From a virus (lineage: Duplodnaviria > Caudoviricetes), in the IMG/VR virus record IMGVR_UViG_3300027589_000004, positions 1 through 60,127 of that record: a stretch of 60,127 bases of DNA. One strand, 5' to 3'. Of the stretch, positions 17,688 through 26,643 are shown piece by piece; position 1 is the first letter of the stretch, and each line of letters begins with the position of its first letter. A program made the position numbers and the translations under genes. Under the pieces are notes generated by a model. That model was given only the letters and a program-made list of their open reading frames with translations, did no database searches and had not been told where the DNA came from.

Positions 17688-17907
17688 AATCAATATCTTC
17701 GTAAGGTTCCTCTTCGATAGTCTCTACTCTCGTAGTTAAAGCCTCTACGATATCTCTAAGGGCAGTAGTCTCTGCACTGAGAATTGTGTAGATCTCCGAG
17801 ATCTGCAAGTTGGTCATATAGTTATTCATGGCTGTAGTGACTTCGTTTAGTTTGTTTTCTAAGGCCGTTAGGCGAGAGAGGATCTTTTGGTATTGTGCCT
17901 CAGTCAT
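17686..17907 (-). CDS. Small coiled-coil protein
   Basis: GGAG RBS before ATG 17907; heptad pattern. Confidence 0.65.
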   Translation of the reverse strand: MTEAQYQKILSRLTALENKLNEVTTAMNNYMTNLQISEIYTILSAETTALRDIVEALTTRVETIEEEPYEDID

Positions 17908-17908
17908 T

Positions 17909-18310
17909 TCATACTCCAAAGACAAGCTTTACAAGAATAGTAAGTGTCGCGACCACCACACCAGTTACGACTGGTCCTACACCATATCGTACAAGTTCGT
18001 ACTTGATCCCTTCTTTGGTAGCCAAAGCTGTGAACTTATTTTCGAATTCTTGGATCTTTTCTTTGACGCCTTCTAGGGATTGGAAGATAGACTCCTCTTC
18101 TCTCTTTCTCTCGTCTTCGTGTTTCTCCATGAATTTCTCGATACGGGCTACTGTGTCTTCGATTCTTGTCTGACGAAGATTTTGGCGCGCGTCAATATCA
18201 CGAATTAGATTTGCTAACTCGCGCTCTTTGGCGGCCAAGGACTTCAGATCTTCTTGACGCATGATCTCGAGTCTATTGAAGACTTCGATAGGCAACTCTT
18301 TGTCGTTCAT
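17909..18310 (-). CDS. Coiled-coil protein with a C-terminal TM helix (holin-like / XhlA-like architecture)
   Basis: AGGAGG RBS; C-terminal VGPVVTGVVVATLTILVKLVFGV; located at the end of the late operon. Confidence 0.5.
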   Translation of the reverse strand: MNDKELPIEVFNRLEIMRQEDLKSLAAKERELANLIRDIDARQNLRQTRIEDTVARIEKFMEKHEDERKREEESIFQSLEGVKEKIQEFENKFTALATKEGIKYELVRYGVGPVVTGVVVATLTILVKLVFGV

Positions 18311-18319
18311 TTAAACCTC

Positions 18320-19609
18320 CTATGCGAAGTAGAACCAATCGATCTTCACACCGATGATCGAGATAGTTCCTTCGAAGTCGTCACTCCCAACGTTATACTC
18401 TCTTTTTAGCTTGAAAGAAAGCATGCCAGTGTCTTCTCTATCAAGAACCAACGCCTGAGATTCCATCGTGTATAGTTTGTTAGTCGCCGATACAACCTTG
18501 ACCAAGTGGTCAAGGTTTTTAAATCCATAAGTTAGATCATTCCCATTTTGAATGATACGAGGACCGTCAGCTACTTGTGTTGTTCCTAGCAATTCGAAAT
18601 CAACAGTTGTGCCCGTAACAGGAGGATTGAAGGCGCAGACGTGCAATGTCAATTTGAAGGCTGCTGGGCCTACTCCCCTAATATCCCTTGGCGGTGCGGT
18701 ATGAAAACAAATATCATGGCTCCCGCCCACTTCCGTTAAGTCAATCGTAGAGATATAAGTATCTTCGCCGCCCGCTGTTAATGTGTTTACAGCACTTGTG
18801 ATTTCAGCATCTAACGGGTTAGGGGTTAGTCTTGAAACATCGAGGTATGTGCTGCCGGCAGACAAGAACACCACGGCGTCAAAAGTTAGAAGCGCTTCTT
18901 TTAAGCTCATCTTATCTGTGAAATGAAAAGGTCCGCCAGCATCTGTATAGTCTGGTAAGTCCTCATCTGTTCTACCGATGAAACTATTGATCTCCTCTAG
19001 CTCTGTGGTCAAACCTGTTACACTCGAAGTTGGAATACTCATGCTAGGGAAGCTTCCTTCATGAGTCAGGCCCGTAGAAGAGTAGCCTGTGAGTAGCGCT
19101 CCAATTGCATCTAGCGTTTGTGCTAGTGTGTAAGTGAGTTCTGCGGCTCCATCATCATTCAATGGATAGCCTGCTCCAAATCCATCTTCTGCCAATTGTC
19201 CTAGCTTGAGCTCTAGAGTGGCGATGTCTTCAATCAATCCACTGTCGTCATATTCTGCGAACTCGTTAAGACGATCTACTTCTTCTTTAAGGGCTACAAG
19301 CTGTGTTTGTAGTGCTGCAAAACTTTCCTTAAGAGTAGTTGGCCGCCCCGACGCAGTAGAGTAATAGACACTCCCAGACCCAGCAGAGGCTTCTACGTCC
19401 GTTAGGATTGCGTTACCCGATAGGCCGTAGTCTAATGCTTCTACGTCGTGTCCTGAGCCCGTAGAAGGAAGGCTGGCGAGTAACGGATAAACTACTTCAT
19501 TCAACTGAGCGATGATCCTGCTTAGATCCCCAGCAACAGTAATAGTTGCGTTTCTATTCTCACCAGTTTGTTGACGAAGAACTTTTAGCTTGTTTGCGAG
19601 TACAGACAT
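18320..19609 (-). CDS. Virion fibre/appendage-like protein
   Basis: N-terminal coiled coil, beta-rich C-terminus, distal tail operon position. Confidence 0.5.
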   Translation of the reverse strand: MSVLANKLKVLRQQTGENRNATITVAGDLSRIIAQLNEVVYPLLASLPSTGSGHDVEALDYGLSGNAILTDVEASAGSGSVYYSTASGRPTTLKESFAALQTQLVALKEEVDRLNEFAEYDDSGLIEDIATLELKLGQLAEDGFGAGYPLNDDGAAELTYTLAQTLDAIGALLTGYSSTGLTHEGSFPSMSIPTSSVTGLTTELEEINSFIGRTDEDLPDYTDAGGPFHFTDKMSLKEALLTFDAVVFLSAGSTYLDVSRLTPNPLDAEITSAVNTLTAGGEDTYISTIDLTEVGGSHDICFHTAPPRDIRGVGPAAFKLTLHVCAFNPPVTGTTVDFELLGTTQVADGPRIIQNGNDLTYGFKNLDHLVKVVSATNKLYTMESQALVLDREDTGMLSFKLKREYNVGSDDFEGTISIIGVKIDWFYFA

Positions 19610-21573
19610 TAGGCAACTCTCATTTTGATAGATTCAATTATTGGTGTGTTTCCTACGATAGAAGTTCGGAGCACAGCTTTTAGGTACAAGGAGTTTCCGG
19701 ATTCTTCTTTCATATTCCAAGTAGCAGACACTTTTTCGCTACTCCAATCTGAATGAGAGCGGTTCACTTTTACAAGGAAGAAGGATCCGTCTTCTCTATC
19801 ATCGATTGTGTAGCATTGGTAGAAGTCTTCATCTGATTTATCTAGCACACTGAATAGCTCAGGAGAAACGTATTTAAGCTTTACTGCGAACATCTCTTCA
19901 AAAGGATTGTAGATCCGCGCGCCCGTGTAGCCAGTTGGATAGCTGTAACCTTGAATCAAGTACTTGTGGTTGTAAGGATAGAGAGAGTCTAGGTTTCTCA
20001 AAGCGCTTTCGTTAGCAGCTCCACTTTCGATGTCATCCCAACTGGCAGGGAATACCATAACGGTAGAATGTCCTTGTGGCAGCACGACCCTCCCTGAGAT
20101 GAGTTGCCCGTTGATACGAATAGGCTTTTCACCAAAGTCGATCTCTCTGCCTTCTCCTTCTTTCACATATACTGTAGTGTGATAGCCCTGTTCTGTTGGC
20201 CACCATCCATGAGTGCCGTTAAAGAAAGGAAGATCTTTGTTTTCGGCAGTTAAAAGGCCGCGCTTTACTACGATGCTAGTTTCTGAGACAAGAGTTCTGC
20301 TGTCCGCTTCGATGTATTTGTTTAGGATAGCTTCAGTTTCAAAGCCAGCACTGATTGTCAAAGATGCTTCGTCAATTAGTTCTTGCTCGCCAATCAGCAC
20401 ATAGCCGTCTACCGTTTCATCAATGAACTGATAGGTGCCAGTATCTGGAATCTCTCCAATGACTACTGGAGTTCCACTCCAAGGAGTAAAGCCCATCCCG
20501 TCTTTCGAGACACTCCACTGCACGGAGGTGCCTTCTGGTAAAGTCATACAGGGCTCGAGATCCACCTTTGTGAATGTAAGTTCATTATCTTCTGCATCAT
20601 GGAAATCATACGGTCCGAGCTCGAGCATTGACTCAGTAGCTTCTTCTGTCCCTACTCCTGTTACTCTTAGTTGGTCTAAGGAAAACGCGTAGATATATTG
20701 ACCGCCGACCTGCTCATCGCACCTATTCTTTCTAAGGGCCAAAGCAACAGAAGTAACTCCTTCTTGATTGATCTGAAAGAAGTTACTTGTACCGACTTCC
20801 CTTAAAGCAGGGAAAGCAGTCTTAGTCTTTCCGTTCTTCAAAGTGTACAAGCCCGTGATTGTGTAGTTCCCAAGTCCACTTGTTCGCAGTCCAATAGCTT
20901 CAATAGCTTTTACAAGAACAGGACTCTTGAAGGAGACATTGACTACTAGATTGACATCGCCAACAGGGTACTCAGTGTAAACAAGAACTGACCAGTGGTT
21001 ACCATCTTGGTCTTTCAAAAGCTCAACAGAAGCGTTCGTCTTCTTAGCTAGTGTGCCCTTAGGAGCAATAACTTTGTAGACGATGTCTGCTTGGGCCAAA
21101 GAAATCTCAGCCGCATTGTTCATACCAAGTGTAGCTACTCCGTTATCGACTTTAGCTGTTGATTCAACACCCACCTTTTCTTTAGTGGTTAGTGTTTCTT
21201 CTAGCATCGAGTAGAAGACGCCCGTACCTTTCATCTGAAGTAGGTTATCATAAGCAACTAGTGTCTTGTTCAAACGGTGCAGCACTTTTTTACTTGCTTG
21301 TAAGTTGGCTTGCCGCAACTCTTCGTACTCTGCTTGTAACGCTAGAAGTTCTTCTAATGCTTGTAAGTGAACCTGACGTCTCTCTTCCCAAGAACTAATG
21401 ATCCCAGCAGCTTCAGCCGTTTGCTGGAATCGCACTTCTCTTCCTTCTAGTGTGCGTTCCGGACGCAACCTGTCTTGCACTTCCTGTTCCAAAAGCCTCA
21501 ACTCCAAAGGAGTTGGGGCTCTTTTATTTTCCAGGATGAAATGCTTAGTAGCGTTCTTAAGTTCCCGTTTCAT
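19609..21573 (-). CDS. Virion structural (baseplate-associated) protein
   Basis: Coiled-coil N-terminus, beta-sandwich pattern, C-terminal LRT...TPII motif; translationally coupled. Confidence 0.6.
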   Translation of the reverse strand: MKRELKNATKHFILENKRAPTPLELRLLEQEVQDRLRPERTLEGREVRFQQTAEAAGIISSWEERRQVHLQALEELLALQAEYEELRQANLQASKKVLHRLNKTLVAYDNLLQMKGTGVFYSMLEETLTTKEKVGVESTAKVDNGVATLGMNNAAEISLAQADIVYKVIAPKGTLAKKTNASVELLKDQDGNHWSVLVYTEYPVGDVNLVVNVSFKSPVLVKAIEAIGLRTSGLGNYTITGLYTLKNGKTKTAFPALREVGTSNFFQINQEGVTSVALALRKNRCDEQVGGQYIYAFSLDQLRVTGVGTEEATESMLELGPYDFHDAEDNELTFTKVDLEPCMTLPEGTSVQWSVSKDGMGFTPWSGTPVVIGEIPDTGTYQFIDETVDGYVLIGEQELIDEASLTISAGFETEAILNKYIEADSRTLVSETSIVVKRGLLTAENKDLPFFNGTHGWWPTEQGYHTTVYVKEGEGREIDFGEKPIRINGQLISGRVVLPQGHSTVMVFPASWDDIESGAANESALRNLDSLYPYNHKYLIQGYSYPTGYTGARIYNPFEEMFAVKLKYVSPELFSVLDKSDEDFYQCYTIDDREDGSFFLVKVNRSHSDWSSEKVSATWNMKEESGNSLYLKAVLRTSIVGNTPIIESIKMRVA

Positions 21574-24464
21574 TAGTAAAACCTATAGTTGATAGCTTCG
21601 AAGATTGGGGAGAAGTATTCCTTCATTCTAGCGGCATTGCCTGTGCCCTTCTTCTTTCTCCAGAAGACTTTGACAATGCTTCTATCCTCTTTCAAACTAA
21701 GCTGCTCTGTTGGGAACTCGATAGTATTTCTTTTAGCCTCATAAGTGAAGTCTTCAATCTCTTTAGCAATGAAGTACTTCGCCACAGCAGGGCATACCTT
21801 GTAGGTGATGCGCCCGTTGTCATTGAGGGCTGAGCGGCTGTGCAATACTCCATCTACATAGTCTACAGAGTATTTGTTATCTGGAACAAACTCAGGATCT
21901 TTGTAGTAGTAAGTGATTTCGATATTGGCCGGTAAGGTAGTAGTAGTCTTTAACGTAACTACTCCAGCACCTGAAATGTGATAGTCTCCCTCAGTTGCTA
22001 GGCTGCCTACCAATGCTTTCCGAACAAGGAACCGGTTATCTACTGAGAACCTAAAACCAAACCCATCAGCGGTGATTGTATTAGCTCCAGCGGCCAATGC
22101 AAATTGCACTTGACCAGCAGTCGGAGAGATTTGGTTAGTTCTCTCAGTCACCTGGATAGCTCCATAGAACTCCTTAACACCATCAATGTAAGAGATTTCT
22201 GTGGGGTTCTCTTCTCCTAGGATGATACCATCAGAGACACTTAAGGTTCCTTTGATGATGTGTTCGTAAGATAGTTTACGCCCGCCTCCTCCACTGATCG
22301 TTGTTTGAGTCCAGTCACCAGTCAGAGGGTCGTTACGATAAAGCAAATCTTCATCTACTACTTCTCGAATTGAGAACGCCGATACCTCTTCTGGAGAGAT
22401 GATAATGCCAACTGGCTTCTCATCATCAAAGAGGATTTCGTAACCCTTTTTATTCAGCAACTTTTGAGGTGAAGCTTGGAACTGAGCAGTCCAGGTATCC
22501 GTACCTGTTTCTGCAAACAAGGTGATCATGCCGCTTGCAGCATTGACATAGTACTCATCGGGATCATTCAGATCCCCAATATATTCCACCCTGTTTCTTT
22601 CTCCGTAGAGAGCAGAGAAAACCTTGAACGTACTTAGATTAATGTTCCTGTGACCAAGGAACTCTGTCTTCCTGTTCTTAGACAGATTCTTACTGTAGGT
22701 AGTATTTAGGCCCGTAGAGAGAAGCACGTCGATGGTGTGTTTGTCGGGATCAAACAAATAGTTGAACCGAGCTTCGTAACCTTTACTCGTTAACTCAAAG
22801 TTTAGTAGCTCAGGTAGGGCATAGATCTCTACCAGGCCCCAACCATCCCAATCAGAAGACACAATAACTTTGTCGCCTTTGTTATTGAGGGTCCACGTCT
22901 CTCCTGAGAGCAAGCTTTCTTCAGCTACGTATTCGTAAGTATTGCTTTCGATCTTAACTACTAAGTTAGTAGGAGTGATATTTTTGTCAGTCAACGAAAA
23001 AGGCAAGTCAAAGATACGCGTCTCTTGAGTAGCTACGATTGTTTTAAAGCCTTCGTCGCCCAGTCTCATTACACGAGATTGCATTAGGAAGATCTTTGAG
23101 TCTTCCAAGTTCTCACGCAAGGGAACGACTGCTGGAGATTGCGCTGTTGCTACGGGCCTAGATAGCGACGAAAGCTCGTAGGCTTCTTCTGCGGGGAGCA
23201 CACTCGATGCTCTTTCCAAACGAGCGTCTTCTCTCTCTACTTTTAGAATGTATTCAAGACTTCTCTCGTCACCGTTCAAAGGAATCGCTTCTCTATCTGA
23301 AGTTTGTGAGACTTTAATGTCGCCGACTTTTGTAGTTAGCCGGTAGGAGAAAAGACTGGCTGGGAAAGCGTTGATTCGGCTTTCCATTCGATAAGTGGGA
23401 CGGCGCAAAGGAATCTCTGTGCTTTTCAGAGTTCCTTCTGAAGCAAAAGAGAGCCGCTTTACTTCGATGCTCTTGATACCAATTGCAAAGCGCCTTCTTA
23501 GTTCTCCTCTCAAAGGAGCGAGGTATGAATCTCTTTGAACTAGTTTGACAGTAAAACGCTTTACTTCAACTGGCAAAAATACAATGTCCCAATCGCTAAC
23601 GCCATCATTTCTAACGGCATTCCAAAAGGATTCATCGTTCTGCCTAACTGAAATATCTTTGATAGAAACAACTCCCCCATCTTTGTCATTAAACACAATA
23701 TCCTTAATGACAAATGATCTGGAGTCTCCAGGAAGAACGAACCCCATCTTGATGTAGTTCAGAACTTGCTCTTCTTCCAGAATGACATCTAGGTTTAGTC
23801 TTAGCGGCCCATCCCCAATGCGCTCATACTCAAACCAGTTATCAGGATCCCCATCTAGAATAGAGCTTAGATAACCAAGAGAAGTGGTGATCTCTGCATC
23901 AGAGTTACCATTCAGACCGTTGGAGCCGTTAGAGATACCGAGATTCCTTACACGTAAGACCTCTTCTCTTGTTACGGGCAGAGTGGCAACTCCCTGAGAT
24001 AGGAAGATCTTCATTTCGTTCGTTGTGTTTTCTGAATCGATCTCTTCTGCACTCAAGAAGGATTGGCGCACTACTGCAGTAGTATCTCCGCTCATTGACT
24101 TTACTACAGCAGCTCTCTGTCCTACTTTCTTAGACATCGAAGCAATGTTGTTAGCCAAGAGATCGTTCTCGTTCAACAGTTTCTTCTTTGCTTCTCGAGT
24201 ATTCTCGTATTCAGCAATAACAAGACTGACTAAAAACTTCTGCTTTTCTACAAGGTCTAGGAGTACTTCCCTATCCGCAACAGAGCCCTTAGAGAGATAA
24301 GGGCGCCAGTCATCTACGTTCTGTGCCACGTTGTGCATACGAGCAACCATAGCGCCAGTAGTTTCTACGGCGCCAGGAAACTGTCCGGCCGTCTCTAGGG
24401 CCTGCTCGATTAGCTTTTCCGCCGCGCTGCTAATCCCAAGTCTTTCTTTGAGTGTTTCACGCAT
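21573..24464 (-). CDS. Virion structural (baseplate-associated) protein with a discoidin-like domain
   Basis: ILDGDPDNWFEY...LNLDVIL...VLNYI pattern; repeated Yx(V/I)xxxxGxxxL units. Confidence 0.6.
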   Translation of the reverse strand: MRETLKERLGISSAAEKLIEQALETAGQFPGAVETTGAMVARMHNVAQNVDDWRPYLSKGSVADREVLLDLVEKQKFLVSLVIAEYENTREAKKKLLNENDLLANNIASMSKKVGQRAAVVKSMSGDTTAVVRQSFLSAEEIDSENTTNEMKIFLSQGVATLPVTREEVLRVRNLGISNGSNGLNGNSDAEITTSLGYLSSILDGDPDNWFEYERIGDGPLRLNLDVILEEEQVLNYIKMGFVLPGDSRSFVIKDIVFNDKDGGVVSIKDISVRQNDESFWNAVRNDGVSDWDIVFLPVEVKRFTVKLVQRDSYLAPLRGELRRRFAIGIKSIEVKRLSFASEGTLKSTEIPLRRPTYRMESRINAFPASLFSYRLTTKVGDIKVSQTSDREAIPLNGDERSLEYILKVEREDARLERASSVLPAEEAYELSSLSRPVATAQSPAVVPLRENLEDSKIFLMQSRVMRLGDEGFKTIVATQETRIFDLPFSLTDKNITPTNLVVKIESNTYEYVAEESLLSGETWTLNNKGDKVIVSSDWDGWGLVEIYALPELLNFELTSKGYEARFNYLFDPDKHTIDVLLSTGLNTTYSKNLSKNRKTEFLGHRNINLSTFKVFSALYGERNRVEYIGDLNDPDEYYVNAASGMITLFAETGTDTWTAQFQASPQKLLNKKGYEILFDDEKPVGIIISPEEVSAFSIREVVDEDLLYRNDPLTGDWTQTTISGGGGRKLSYEHIIKGTLSVSDGIILGEENPTEISYIDGVKEFYGAIQVTERTNQISPTAGQVQFALAAGANTITADGFGFRFSVDNRFLVRKALVGSLATEGDYHISGAGVVTLKTTTTLPANIEITYYYKDPEFVPDNKYSVDYVDGVLHSRSALNDNGRITYKVCPAVAKYFIAKEIEDFTYEAKRNTIEFPTEQLSLKEDRSIVKVFWRKKKGTGNAARMKEYFSPIFEAINYRFY

Positions 24465-26187
24465 TGTTTCTTTCCTTGGCGATAAAGCAATAGCTAGTGA
24501 TTAGAGGAGTGATCAATGGGTTACCGCTCATTGATCTTAGTACATACAAAACAGATACTTCTCCACTAAAGCTTTTGGTTCTTCGGGGGAACGCAATACG
24601 GTTGTTAACTAGTGTGATGGCTCCAGACTTATCTAAGATTTGGAAGGGCCGTTTCACATATGAGATTCGATAAGTCACATTCGGATCATAGTCTAAGAGT
24701 CTGATCTTTGTTTCGTATGCTTTGGGGATGTCTCTAATAAACAATCCGACTGCAGCGTCTTCGTAAGAACTGATCCAAGTAATCCCGTTGTCTACAGAGA
24801 TAACGTAGTCAGTACCTAGCGCTAACTCGATATCATCTCCATAAACAATACATTTTGCCTCGTCAATCATAGGAGCAAAGTTGATAAAGGACTCTTGCTT
24901 GTAGATTGCGAGTAGTTCCTCTTCCCTTGCATTACCAGGGGCAGGAATGATTGTATCGATCTTGATGTTGGACTTTCTGTTAGATCTTACTACGAAATAC
25001 TTATCTACAAGAGCATCTGTGGATGCTTGGCCGGTAGAGAAGAGGTCCGCGTGTTCTCCTCTGATGTCCACCATAGTCTCTTTGGTAGAGAAAGATACGG
25101 CGCGGTTCACTTCGAATGCTGGTGTTTCATAGAATCCGATATCTTTGTACCAAGCTCTCTGAGCCCAAATCTCAGCGATTGCGAATTCAAACTTGTCACC
25201 TTGGAAATAGGTCTCGCCTTTTCTTTTGTTGACTTTGAGATTCCCACTTACAGTAGGGGTTCTCTGCATAAAATAGAACTTCAACTGAGAAGTGCCGATA
25301 GCGGAGAATAGGAGGATTTGGTTATCTGCATCTAAAGCTACTTTAAAATCAATCTCTTCCCATTGCAGATTGGCTTTAAGAAACTCCACCTTGTAGATAT
25401 CTACCGGCTTCTCAGATACTGAGTGAATGTTAATCGTGTTGATAACTTGATAGCCAGGCAACTCACAAAGCAAGGTCAAGAAAGCGGACTCCATTTCTTG
25501 TCGCCAATTGGTTGGCTTGTAGACTGTATGCAAGAAGACTCTGTCTTCCAGATACACTCCACTTGGATCCTCTACCGTTTGCTCTAGCTCGAATGGACTG
25601 AAGTCTGTCTCTTCGTATACGTAAGTACAATTCCTAAAGCGAATCTCTTCCAAGCTTTCTGTTGGCAGTCTCAAGCCGCCACGTCCTTCAGGATCGATTC
25701 TGTAAGCTTCAGAGATAGTCAGTTTGGTCTTCGGGTCCTCAACGATCCTAGAGGCTTCTGCAGCTCCCAAAGAGCTGTCGAAGAAAGTCTCATAAGCTAC
25801 CTTGGCTTTGAGGTCTAACTCAAACAAACCTTGCTTGACCAACTTCTCAAAACGAAAGAGCTCTCGTTCATTAGAGGACCGCTCATTGGTTAGACGTTTT
25901 GCCACCCGAACCTTGATGCTTCCTTCTTCTCTAAGGGCCTCTTGGAAGCTTGCTGCATCATAGAACATACTCTCTAGATTTCTATTGAAGACCGAAGAGT
26001 CTAATAGGCCGTTAGAGACAGGACTCATCAAGGCACCGAAGTTACCAAAGTCCTTGATAGCTTGCTCGATACGACGGTCCAGAATCCGCTCTTCCAAACG
26101 GGTCTTCTTCTTCTCTTTGAAGAAATCCCTTACGACTTTGGCTTTGCTTTCCTTCAATGTTCTGAAGTTTCTTGTGGTGAATGCCAT
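24457..26187 (-). CDS. Virion structural (baseplate-associated) protein
   Basis: Same layout as its two downstream neighbours; C-terminal VLRS...TPLI. Confidence 0.6.
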   Translation of the reverse strand: MAFTTRNFRTLKESKAKVVRDFFKEKKKTRLEERILDRRIEQAIKDFGNFGALMSPVSNGLLDSSVFNRNLESMFYDAASFQEALREEGSIKVRVAKRLTNERSSNERELFRFEKLVKQGLFELDLKAKVAYETFFDSSLGAAEASRIVEDPKTKLTISEAYRIDPEGRGGLRLPTESLEEIRFRNCTYVYEETDFSPFELEQTVEDPSGVYLEDRVFLHTVYKPTNWRQEMESAFLTLLCELPGYQVINTINIHSVSEKPVDIYKVEFLKANLQWEEIDFKVALDADNQILLFSAIGTSQLKFYFMQRTPTVSGNLKVNKRKGETYFQGDKFEFAIAEIWAQRAWYKDIGFYETPAFEVNRAVSFSTKETMVDIRGEHADLFSTGQASTDALVDKYFVVRSNRKSNIKIDTIIPAPGNAREEELLAIYKQESFINFAPMIDEAKCIVYGDDIELALGTDYVISVDNGITWISSYEDAAVGLFIRDIPKAYETKIRLLDYDPNVTYRISYVKRPFQILDKSGAITLVNNRIAFPRRTKSFSGEVSVLYVLRSMSGNPLITPLITSYCFIAKERNNA

Positions 26188-26190
26188 ATC

Positions 26191-26643
26191 TCACCCCACC
26201 GAAAGAGAAACGTAAATCTTTCTCGCTGAGAGACCTGTTGGGGTTTCGAGTTCAAGAGTAACTTCGATATCACTTCCAGCTGGGATATCTTCGAGCATAA
26301 TGCGAGTAGAGTAGTCGCCGCCTTGGGTTCGAGAGAAGTAGCTTGTAACGTCACCAACTCCATTCGAATAGGTGATCTTCAAGCCTCCTTGGCTATCTAC
26401 TTCAGCTACTGTATTCTCTCCCCAAGTCAGGAGTGTCTGATAGTCCACGTCAGGACTGTCGTCAGAAGTATCCTCATATGTTCCAAGGGCCACGCTTGGA
26501 GAAAGCCAGATACCCACATCAGTGCAGTCTTCATCCACGTCATCGTTAACAAGCTGAAGGACAATCGTCTCTCCAGAGTTCAAGGATGGAGGAGAGTAGA
26601 TCACTTCATCGTCAATCTTAAAAGAGAACCCGGCGGTAAGCAT
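26191..26643 (-). CDS. Small beta-sandwich virion protein
   Basis: Acidic, beta-rich; coupled within the tail operon. Confidence 0.55.
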   Translation of the reverse strand: MLTAGFSFKIDDEVIYSPPSLNSGETIVLQLVNDDVDEDCTDVGIWLSPSVALGTYEDTSDDSPDVDYQTLLTWGENTVAEVDSQGGLKITYSNGVGDVTSYFSRTQGGDYSTRIMLEDIPAGSDIEVTLELETPTGLSARKIYVSLSVG

